Assembly: GCA_052426225.1 (NCBI GenBank)
Contig: JBNJNM010000021.1
Location: forward strand, 930,001-994,000
DNA: 64,000 nucleotides
Direction: 5' to 3'
Source of the DNA: Zancudomyces culisetae HAW-14-8
Lineage: Eukaryota; Fungi; Kickxellomycota
Shown: one piece after another, positions 26,401 to 37,074 of the stretch
Layout: each line of letters begins with the position of its first letter
Position numbering within the stretch: the first letter of the stretch is position 1
Notes under the pieces: model-generated
The model's database searches: none
What the model was told of the DNA's origin: nothing
Seen by the model: only the letters and a program-made list of their open reading frames with translations
Translations under genes and position numbers: made by a program

Positions 26401-29173
26401 AGTATTAAACAAAAACAATAGTGCAATGGTAGTAGTGGACCAAGATGTTTTGGAGAGCGCTATTGAGTCGTCAATATTTCCGGAATTGATGTTTTCGTAT
26501 TATAAATTCAAGTGGAAAAAGAATGACCATTTATACGCGTTGTCAAAGGTCAAGGAGCTTGCAGTGAATCTGAGTCGAGATATTGGATTTGATTTTGATA
26601 ATCTTAAATTTGGAAAGGATTATAAAATTAAAGTTAATACTAATTATTCAAGAGATGCGGGAATTCTACTATCTAACATTTATTGTACAGAAGCTAAATG
26701 GCAATTGAAAATTGACCGAGATAACACTGAGATATTTTCTGCAACCGTAATATCACCAACCACAACCATACCACTTGATGTTCAGAGTATGCAAGCCCTT
26801 CCTCATCCTCATCATCAACATCAGCATCATAATTCTACTGCTATTTCTTCGTCGTTTGGTGGAACTGATTTTATTAGAACAAAACATATTATCAAACTGT
26901 ATGAAGCAGCAACGATTCTAGATAAGCATTCATATTTAGCCTGGCATTCGTGGGCATTGCATAACTACGAGGCCACATTGGATTACGGTCGTCGCAGTGA
27001 GCTATACGGATCCGATACAGGGCTGGACCATGATGTCATTGAGCGGCATGTGATTCCATCAGTTTATGGATTCTACAAGGCTATCCAGTTATCCAGTATG
27101 GACACCAACCTGCAAGATACACTCCGATTGCTGACAGTATGGTTTAGCTATGGCCGCATTGAGAAGGTTGCAAACGAAGTGTCAAATGGTTTTAAAACGG
27201 TCAAAATCACTACTTGGATCCAAGTCATTCCTCAGATTCTGGCCCGCATCCACACTCCACACGAAACTGTCCGTACTTTGATTACTCACTTGTTAGTTGA
27301 GGTTGGCCGTACTCACCCACAAGCCATTTTGTTCAGCTTGGCTCTGTCATCAAAATCAGATATGCCACAACGCCGCCGCTGTGCAAATGCTATTTTGGAC
27401 AAGCTGCGCGATTTTTCGCCGGTGCTGATTGAGCAAGCGGACTTGGTTAGTACCGAGCTGGTGCGCGTGGCCATTCTATGGGCCGAAATGTGGAGCGAAG
27501 CGTTGGAGGAAGCGTCCAAGCTATACTTTTCCAAGGGCGATATCAAAAACATGTTTTCTAAAGTTCTTCCACTGCATGCACTGATGAACAAGGGCGCCGA
27601 AACGTTACGCGAAGTCCACTTCCTCCAAGCATTTGGCCGTGAGCTGCGCGAGGCCGAAGAGTGGTGTCGCCGCTATTCCGATTCGCTTGATCCCGCAACC
27701 AACCAGAACTATATCCGCCAAGCCTGGGATATCTACTACTCTCTGTTCCGTCGCATCGACCGCGTTATCAAGGGCGTGTCCAGCCTCGATCTCAAATCTG
27801 TCTCGCCACGCCTGCTGAATTGCAAAAATCTCATTCTTGCTGTACCCGGTACATACCAGCCCAACGAAAAGGTCATTACCATTGCCAGCTTTGATCCTTA
27901 CCTCTACGTCTATTCATCCAAACAACGCCCACGCCGCCTGTTGATTACTGGCTCGAACGGTGTTGTCTACACTTTCCTGCTCAAGGGCCACGAGGATTTG
28001 CGCCAGGACGAACGTGTTATGCAGCTGTTTGACCTAATCAATGGCCTGCTCAACCGCGATGCCGAAACTTACAAGCGCCACCTCTCCATCGAACGGTTCC
28101 CTGTCATTCCCATTTCAGCCCATTCTGGCCTGATTGGCTTTTATCCTGATTGTGAAACCTTGCATTCGCTGATCAAATCGTACCGCGAGGCCCACAATAT
28201 CGTTATCAACCTGGAGCATCGTATCATGAACCATTTTACTGTTGATTATGAGACTTGTTCTGTTCTACAGAAAACCGAAGCCTTTGAGTATGCCATGGAC
28301 AATTCAGCTGGCGATGACTTGCAGAAAGCCATGTGGTACCGCAGCTACAATGCTGAGACTTGGCTGGACCGCCGTTCAAACTACACCCGCTCACTTGCCG
28401 TCATGAGCATGGCTGGCTATGTCCTTGGTCTGGGCGACCGCCATCCCTCCAATCTTCTGCAACATCTCTCTGGCAAAATTGTCCACATCGACTTTGGCGA
28501 CTGTTTTGAAGTTGCAAAGACTCGCGAAAAGTATCCCGAAACCATTCCCTTCCGCCTAACTCGCATGTTGACTATGGCTATGGAGGTCGGCGGCATCGAA
28601 GGCTCCTTCAAAATGACCGCCATCAACACCATGCGTGTCCTGCGCGACAACCGCGACAGTCTTATGGCTGTTCTTGAAGCCTTTGTATACGACCCCTTGG
28701 TCAGTTGGCACTATTTACAAGACAACCCCAGTCATCCTTCCACTAGCTCTGCAAACCCTGCCGCTGATATTGATAATCCTCTATTTCTTCCTTATCACAT
28801 CTTTGGAAAAGAACAACAAAACCTTCTTTTAACAAATACAAACACTAAAACAAACATAAACACAACCTCTCATCCTCATCCTCATCCTCATTCTGACTCT
28901 GTCTCTGATTCTGCTTCCGACTCCGACTCCGATTCTGTTTCTGACCCAACTGGCGACAAACACAAGGCTAAAAATACTGATAAAGATAAATGGCAAATGG
29001 CGAATCCACGAGCAATCGCCATTGTCCAACGCATCCTCAGCAAGCTGCGCGGCCGCGACTTTGATCCCAAAACCGTGCTATCTGTGCATGCCCAGATTGA
29101 CTATTTGGTTGCCGATGCCACCAGCTCCGAAAATTTATCGCAGTGTTACATTGGCTGGTGCGCTTTTTGGTAA
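20449..29173 (+). CDS. TOR: TOR kinase (HEAT, FAT, FRB, PIKK kinase, FATC)
   Basis: Five short 5' exons from ATG 20449 (MDERVIIELLNKLRS) splice into the large exon from ~21441. FRB LWAEMWSEALEEASKLYF; SKQRPR; LKGHEDLRQDERVMQLF; GDRHPSN; DFGDCF; FATC ends CYIGWCAFW*. Confidence 0.97.
26211..26245 (+). repeat. (CAA/CAG)n poly-Gln insert in the TOR FAT domain
   Basis: caacaacaacagcaacaacagcaacaacaacaacag. Confidence 0.85.
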
Positions 29174-29746
29174 TCTTACTTGTAGCTGTGAATTGAGTTT
29201 ATCAATTATTCCTGATAATTCGCTGTTGTACATTCTGTCGATGTACACAAATTTGGCATTGTTGCGATCAATTGCCCGGCTTTGTTTGCTACTTGGTCCT
29301 GTACGCTGTTCCTGTTGTTGGTGTTGGCGTTGATGGTGGTCCTTACTTCCTATTGAAGTAAACGCTTGCATGTTCCGCAAGTTTTTCACGTATACGCTGG
29401 GGTCTCCATACTCCACCTGGTGTCGCTGCTGAAGCAACCGCAATATTGTTTGTATTAGGTGGTATTCAGTTGACCTTGGTTCTACACTGAGTTTGTACAA
29501 TTTTACGGTGTTTTTTGCCGCCTCCACCACCGCTTCCTCTTCCAGCTCGTTTACTTGATCGACTGGTGTGGGTGTAGGTGTGGGTGTGGTACCAGCTGGG
29601 GTAGTGGTGATGGGTTTTCGAAATTCGGCACGAATTGTGGCTGTTACAAATGCGTACTCCGCAGCACTTTTGCGATATTTAAGTCGTGTTATTCGGAGAA
29701 ACTGGCGATAGGTGTTTAGCAATTCGCGTTTTATATTCTTATTCAT
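29135..29746 (-). CDS. small protein with a LYR-motif-like N-terminus (probably mitochondrial)
   Basis: ELLNTYRQFLR...IRAEFRK resembles the Complex1_LYR consensus. ATG in an A-rich context. The 3' end overlaps TOR. Confidence 0.6.
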   Translation of the reverse strand: MNKNIKRELLNTYRQFLRITRLKYRKSAAEYAFVTATIRAEFRKPITTTPAGTTPTPTPTPVDQVNELEEEAVVEAAKNTVKLYKLSVEPRSTEYHLIQTILRLLQQRHQVEYGDPSVYVKNLRNMQAFTSIGSKDHHQRQHQQQEQRTGPSSKQSRAIDRNNAKFVYIDRMYNSELSGIIDKLNSQLQVRLPKSAPANVTLR

Positions 29747-29898
29747 TTTTCTCTTTTTACTATATATACTATATTATTTAAACTAAACTGGATATTTGTT
29801 GATTAAAACAAACAAATAGTCGAGTTTTTTTTTTGTTTTTTGTTATTGTTTTTTTGTGAGCTTTTTTTATTATCGATGTATCCTATTAAACCAATTTA

Positions 29899-29948
29899 TT
29901 GACTGACTGATTGATTGATTGACTGATTGATTGACTGATTGATTGATT
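29899..29948. repeat. mixed (GATT/GACT)n tetranucleotide microsatellite upstream of the LYR-like gene
   Basis: ttgactgactgattgattgattgactgattgattgactgattgattgatt. Confidence 0.85.
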
Positions 29949-31508
29949 CAAATAAATTAGAAATCAAAAAGAAATTTTTTTTTTCTATTTTAATATTTGG
30001 GTTATAAGATCAACTTTTAATTACCTCCCAAACAAAGATAATAAAGATATAATTTAAAGTTAAAATGAAGCAGAACAGTGTGATATTAATAGTATTAAGT
30101 TTAATATTATCTGCTCAATCATGCTTTTTTTTATATATACACTAAAACCGAAAAGAGCAGAGGGGGGGGGGGGTGGTGTTAGTAATAATGCTTTTATATG
30201 CGCTTTCGAATTGATAGTGTAAATCATTAAATTTTACATTTCCACACATATACTTATACACACACCCACACACGCCTGTATACTCACCTTAAAACATGTA
30301 CCATGCCTCTTTATTCAATACCGCTCCATTCTTTCATTCTTTCATTCTCTCTTTCATTCCATTTTTCTTTGACTATTATTAGTAAATATAATATGTTTAT
30401 TCGTAGGCCTCCTTGGCGTTTTCTCCTCTTACAAAACAGCATGTTTTTCCGGTCATTTGTATGATCAATTGTATTATGGCCTTTATTTCAAATACCATTC
30501 TAAAAAAAAAATAAAAGCAAGTAGATTTAAACCTCATACCAACTTTTCCTCTTCCTCCTACTCTTCTTCACTACCTTTGCTTTTTTCTCCTTCTACTCCT
30601 TGTTTCATTATCTGAAATGTAAATATTTTAACGTTAACAACAACGTACCACATAGAAAATTCACATCATGCTTTCATTTTTATTTTTCACTTTCCCCTTC
30701 TTTTCTCGGTATAGTTACGATTCCCCCCTCCCCCTCCCCTTCCCCTGTAATCGTACTCTTGCCACTATTTTTAGATTATTTTCTCAGTATATGCTCGTAT
30801 ACACCACACTTCTTCTCAAGCTATTACTTTTAATAACTCTGACAGGATCATCAAATTTACTGACATCTTATGTGTATACCATCTGCCAAAGCTTTGAGGT
30901 TTATTCGGTTTTGAAATACACGCACATATATAGTCTAAACAGGAAAAAAAAAATTAACGCTAGTCCATACATGTCAGGTGGTATTATTTGCTCAATTTCC
31001 TTTACGTTCGATGCTTGTTCTTACATCATCGGTTATAGCTATCTTTTTTTTTTCTTTCTAGTTCTTCACTATTTGAAGAAAACAGCACTTTTCCTACTAA
31101 TATGGCATAACCTAGGTTTACACACTTTTGATGCTAATCCATAGTATTTTTTAAAGAAAAATTTAAAATATAATGGTAAAAACGTTGGTATATATTTGTT
31201 AACAAGTCAAACCACGAGAAAACAATAGCCAAACTAAAACAAAACTGAAAAGCACAAAACTTGAGAAAAATGACGCAGGTATAGGTCACATATTTAACTG
31301 AGCGTATTATGTTTTTATTTTGCTTGATGCATAACACTTTTGATTGATACAAAATGTAGAATTTGGTTGTAGTATAATCAGATATATGTATATAAACCTG
31401 TAGTCTATAATGAATGTAATAAAACATAGATTGTCAAAAGAAATCGGTAAATAGTCAAAAAAAAAAAACAAGAGTATATATAATCTGGTTACTACCGCTA
31501 GTGAGCAT

Positions 31509-32792
31509 TTATGCACCAATGTTGTTGTACGCCAGCAAATTCAATGATCGAGCGCCAATACTTGAAAGTGCACTTTTGGTCCCTGTGGAAGCTAATAGAG
31601 CATATATTTGCTGCATGTTATATTTTTTTGGAGAAGTCATAATATAGTATGCTGCAAGCCCTGAAATATGTGGTGAAGCCATACTGGTACCTGAATAAAC
31701 TGCAGATGCCGTGTTTGACCCTATATACGCTGAAACAATACCTTTTCCAGGTGCAAAAATGTCTACACACGCTCCATAGCATGAAAATGGTGCTCTAGTA
31801 TCTGTAATATCCATTGCCCCAACTGTTATTACTCCCTCTGCTGATGCTGGTGAATATTGGCATGCATCATCTCCAGAATTTCCAGCAGAGGACACAAATT
31901 GTAGCCCGGTGTATGCCGAATCGTTGATAATCTGGTTCAGGGCCGCACTGAAAGATCCACCAAGTGACATGTTTACAATACCAGTTATTGTTGTATAACC
32001 GCTTGTTGTAGCATCTTTTGAGGGTTTAGCTCTATTCAGCACATAATTTATTCCTGCAATAACATCTGAAGTATAACCTGTACCACCCGCATTCAATACC
32101 TTGACTGCAACAAGGTTGGCTTTCTTGGCTACCCCATATGTCTTTCCTCCAACTATACCCGCAACGTGGGTTCCATGCCCATGATCATCTACATTAGGTG
32201 AATTCTTAGAAAATGTCGCACCCCATGAAGCTCTTCCCTCAAACTCTTGATGTGTGAGATTAATTCCTGTATCTAGTATATACACCGTAGCATTCTGATA
32301 ATATCTCGAGTTGTATAAATATGTTTGATACGTTTGAGCGGTTAGTTTTTTTCTGTGGGATATTCTTGCCAACCCCCAAGGCGAAGATGTCTGAATGTCA
32401 GTACTAGATACCATCGAATCCTTTTCTATGTAATCAACAATATTCGAACTCTTTATTGAATCTAGAACTTGCTCGCTGAATACACCTGAATATCCGACTA
32501 TTGAACTTTCGTATTTGTGTCTTATAGTGTTGTAGTAATTATTACTCTGTGAGTTGTATAGGCTGATATTTGAATTTAACTCTTGAAAATGTTTCACATA
32601 TTGGCTATCTGCAGATGTAATTCCGGATTTGAATACCACGATATAGCTATCCTTGAGATTATCTTTAGCTGAATCTTCATCATCGAATAGGTTTGATAGC
32701 TGTTTTTGTGGTCTGTTGTTAGCTGTTAAGCCAAAAAAGCTGAAGGCTGTACCAAAATTCAGATATACTAGAGCAAAAGAACTTAATTTCAT
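31509..32792 (-). CDS. secreted subtilisin S8A, proteinase K/protease B-like, with I9 prodomain
   Basis: Signal peptide; YIVVFK prodomain; PWGLARISH; triad LDTG, HGTHVAG, GTSMASPH; oxyanion SAGN intact. Confidence 0.95.
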   Translation of the reverse strand: MKLSSFALVYLNFGTAFSFFGLTANNRPQKQLSNLFDDEDSAKDNLKDSYIVVFKSGITSADSQYVKHFQELNSNISLYNSQSNNYYNTIRHKYESSIVGYSGVFSEQVLDSIKSSNIVDYIEKDSMVSSTDIQTSSPWGLARISHRKKLTAQTYQTYLYNSRYYQNATVYILDTGINLTHQEFEGRASWGATFSKNSPNVDDHGHGTHVAGIVGGKTYGVAKKANLVAVKVLNAGGTGYTSDVIAGINYVLNRAKPSKDATTSGYTTITGIVNMSLGGSFSAALNQIINDSAYTGLQFVSSAGNSGDDACQYSPASAEGVITVGAMDITDTRAPFSCYGACVDIFAPGKGIVSAYIGSNTASAVYSGTSMASPHISGLAAYYIMTSPKKYNMQQIYALLASTGTKSALSSIGARSLNLLAYNNIGA

Positions 32793-35700
32793 AGTTGAAT
32801 TTAGACTTTAATTAATAAAAAACGAATTCAAAAGTGTATAAAGATGTATTAGGATACAAAGATAAACTATAGTCAATATATTTGGTATAATTATACTGTC
32901 ACAATATAAAAATTCTAAAATATCTAGAATATTATCATTTTTTTGATTCATACTGTTAGTAATTTTTAAGTCTATATATAGCAACACTACACTCAATTTG
33001 ATTATTATACCTCATAAACAGTCAATATCTATAAAAGATGGTTTCAGAGAAAATATAGAAAAGGAGGCGAATTTTTGATAGTATACCATGGTGTATGCAA
33101 TCGCAATAGCACTAGTACCAATTCAAGTCAAAATATCCTTATCTCCATTGTTATAAAAGCAATCAATGGGTTTCCTTGTCCCCTTTTTTCTGGTATAGAT
33201 ACTCTGCTTTGCACCAACACGCATTAGAGATGATACCATGGTTGTTTTCTACTTTTTGCACTTTCCCACAAAACACAATTTCTAAATGAAAGGCAAAAAA
33301 GTATGATTACCATTTCTTACTCATTAATTTTCTTCACCAGTGGGACTGTGGTTTACACCTGCCTCCGCCTCCTTATTTGTTGAAACTTCACACGCAAAAG
33401 TTTTTTTTGTCTTTTTTTTCGGTATATGTTGAGTCACCAATTGTACATTTACCAATGTTGTTACCAACAACCTATTCCTCTTTAGATTTGCGTCATGTTA
33501 CCTTGTAGTCTAAAACATTTTTTACTTGTGCTGCTTTGTATTTATTCTCTCTCTCTCACAAAGTTTTTCATGTGCATAGTTTAAATATGACCGATGACTT
33601 CAAGCAGTTAAAAAAAAAACTTATTTCAACTGTTTCACAAAGCTAGCTGGGCTTTTTTATGGTACTTTTATTTAAACAACCGGATTCACACATATAACAA
33701 ATACCCAAATACATATGACAATGATAAAAATGCGTTCTCTCACTTCTGGTTTTAACCAAAGCTATTTCTATTTGGTACTGACTTCGTCTTTGGGAATACG
33801 CACTTTTTTCAAGGTGTGGTGGCTTTGAGAAATTTTAGATGTGCACCGGTCAACACGGCGTGTTTAAGGGGGGGCTAAAACAAGGTGAAGATCCAATCTC
33901 GTTGAAGCGAAAAAAGACCATAGCGAAAGATATCTTAATAAATCCATTGTATGTTTACGCTTTAAATTCGACCCGCGCCCTTTAAATGGAATATTCTTTT
34001 TTTTTTTAGCTACAGTGATAAGTGCCATTTTAACTGAAGTGGAATGGTAAATTATCCTTCAAATTAAACCGCAACTTCAACTGTCCTCCCCCCCCCCCCC
34101 CCCCACCCAATGTCATGAGCAATTTTAAGCCACTTCAAGAAGTATGCCTTAACATGGTTGTATCTAGCACACGTTATTTACGTAGCAGAAGACCAAAATT
34201 ATAGCCATGTGTATTTATCGCGGTTTGGTTTACATTCTTATATTTTTGTGATTATTTTTTCATAAACTGAGCTAAATCCTGGATAAGCTACCTTTATGTA
34301 TGAGGTTTATTTTCTGTGTAGTATTTCATTCTGCACTTTCTTCTTCTATTTTATACCAGGATATTTATGCATCATAGCCCATACATCTCAGCCATAACCA
34401 TCTAATCTCTCCTCCTCTAAACAAACTGGACAGCAATGGACAAAATAATATTTTGAGTATAACATCGATTACCAAAAATACCCCCCTCCTCCCCCAATGA
34501 CAAGGGGGGGGGGGGGGGGGGTGTTCGTGCCTGGGCATGTCATCGAGAGTTCTTTATTTAGCGAAACAGGAAACTTTCCCTTAGATAAAACGTGTACATC
34601 TTTCTATCTGAAAAATAATCTACCAGTAAGAACTTTTTTTCTTGTTTTAAAACTGGCATGCAAAAAAAGACGGGGGAGGGGAAGTTGGTTAACAATAGAA
34701 GCCTCATGATTTTTTTCACAGCTTCTTGAAAACTATATTTTCACAGTGATTTTTGCTCATTTGAAGCATACTGGTAAAATACAAGACAGATAATAGCGAA
34801 TTTGTTATGAATAAGTGAGATGCCAAATATGCGATTACAATAATTCCCATGTAACTATGGGAGGCTTTATCTTTTTTTTTCTCCGGTAGTTTGAGAGCTT
34901 GATAAATAATAAGTGCAGAATTAAACTAGTAATTATGTTTGGCGGGATACACCTTGTCCTTTTTTCCTCTTCCCCTTTCCCTGGCTCTCCTTTTTTTAGA
35001 CGAATGTTTACAATGCAAGAACTCGCACAAAAAACCCACGATTTTATCTAAATAAACTCCAGAGGCTAGGAGCCTTCAGAGACTCCAAAAATCAATCAAA
35101 ATCTTAAAAGTGTGTGATTCCATGTCAGGTATTATGAATGTGGAAGAAGACATGGGCCTGAAGTTCCCATTGTATTGTTTTTAACTAAGCCACCAAAAAC
35201 CAAATCCTGAATATTAATTACCAAACTCAACAAGAGCAAAAATATTAGATTTATGAATAGCCTCAAGATGTTTTTTCTTGGTGTTTTTAACATTCTAAAA
35301 ACGAACCTCAGCTTTATCAAGCGCTAGTCTACTTTTACCCCGGCCCTCCTTGCCTTTCAGATTTGATAATTTTACTCAAAACCTATTCCCACCTCACAAT
35401 ATAAAAACAAAAATCAGTTGATCAAAATGCGCTCTTTAATATTGTACAATTAAACAAAAGTCTATGACAGAGTACAATGAACTGTAAAATTTTACCATAT
35501 CTACATTTTTCCTATGAAAAAAAAGACAAAGTAGCTTACCAGGGTACACTATATCTAGGAAGTAATATGTCCATTTATACGATCACAGGCTTTGTGTTTT
35601 TGAAAAACAGGCTGTTAGGTTCTGATTTTTTAAGAAAATAAATGGTCTTTTTCACTTGGCACTGTTTTTCAAATTACAAATCCCTTATAAACAGCAAAAG

Positions 35701-35808
35701 AGCACATTTAGCTTTAATAACTTAAAAAATATACTTTTTGAGTTTAGTGGGTTACAATAAAACTAAAAAAAAACTACTAAAGTAAAAAGAGGAATTCTAC
35801 AGTCAAAC

Positions 35809-37074
35809 ATGCATTTAAAGGTCATTGTTTTAGCAAGTTTAAACCTCAATTCAGTGTTTGGTTTTGTTGGTGCAGATTGGCGAAAGGAGTTTCAGAGACC
35901 CATGTTTGGCTGGAATAAGGCAAAAACGCTAAAGGATAGATATATTGTGGTTTTTAAAGATGGAATTACGCCCTACGACAATGAGTACACTAGCCATTTC
36001 CAACAACTTCATACCACCATTCAGCATTACAATTCGATTAACAACAACCAAGAAAACTCAATTAGACACTTGTATCAAAATGCACTGGTTGGGTATTCAG
36101 GAACATTTAGTTCTGAAGTGTTGGACACGATAAAGAAATCAAAAATTGTTCATTATGTCGAAAAAGATAACATTATGCGCATCACAGAAACTCAAAGTTC
36201 AGCACCATGGGGTTTAGCAAGAATTTCACACAAGGAGAAGCTTAACCAAAACACGTATGACAAGTACATATACGATACAAACTACTACAACAACGTTACA
36301 ATATTTGTTGTGGATACTGGTATTAATTTGGACCATGAAGAGTTTGAGGGGAGAGCCTCATGGGGTGCGACATTTGCTAGGAACTCACCTGATACAGATG
36401 ATAATGGACACGGAACCCACGTTGCGGGTATAGTTGGAGGAAAGACATATGGAGTAGCCAAGAAAGCCAACCTTGTTGCAGTCAAGGTATTGGATGCAGA
36501 TGGTACAGGTTATACTTCAGATCTTATTGCGGGAATAAACTACATACTTAGTGTGGTGCAGCCAAAGAGCGAACAGTCTGCTAGTTTTGTTCCAGTAACA
36601 TCTATAATAAACATCTCGGCCTCTGGGCCACTCAGTAATTCACTGAACCAAATTATAAACATGTCTGCATTCAGTGGTGTCCAATATATTGTTTCAGCAG
36701 GAAGTACAAATAGTGATGCATGTCTGACCTCACCGGGTTCAGCAGAAGCTGCTACTACTGTCGGAGCAACCGATATAAACGATGAAAAAACGCCACAAAG
36801 CAACCAAGGATTTTGTATTGACGTTTTTGCACCTGGAAAATCTATTCTTTCTTCATATATTGGCTCAAATACGGCAAAAACTTATTTGTCAGGAACCAGT
36901 GCAGCAACTCCACATGTGGCGGGGTTGGCTGCTTATTTCATTATGACATCACAAACCCCGATGAGTAACCTACAGCTTTATTATATATTGACAGCCTCCG
37001 CAACTCCTGATATAATCAAAGGCTTGGACCCTGATACATCAAATCTATTGGTAAACAATGGTTCTGGACTGTAA
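35809..37074 (+). CDS. secreted subtilisin S8A paralog with an altered active-site periphery
   Basis: Signal peptide; I9 prodomain; VDTG, HGTHVAG, GTSAATPH; SAGS in place of SAGN. High similarity to 31509-32792. Confidence 0.93.
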   Translation: MHLKVIVLASLNLNSVFGFVGADWRKEFQRPMFGWNKAKTLKDRYIVVFKDGITPYDNEYTSHFQQLHTTIQHYNSINNNQENSIRHLYQNALVGYSGTFSSEVLDTIKKSKIVHYVEKDNIMRITETQSSAPWGLARISHKEKLNQNTYDKYIYDTNYYNNVTIFVVDTGINLDHEEFEGRASWGATFARNSPDTDDNGHGTHVAGIVGGKTYGVAKKANLVAVKVLDADGTGYTSDLIAGINYILSVVQPKSEQSASFVPVTSIINISASGPLSNSLNQIINMSAFSGVQYIVSAGSTNSDACLTSPGSAEAATTVGATDINDEKTPQSNQGFCIDVFAPGKSILSSYIGSNTAKTYLSGTSAATPHVAGLAAYFIMTSQTPMSNLQLYYILTASATPDIIKGLDPDTSNLLVNNGSGL

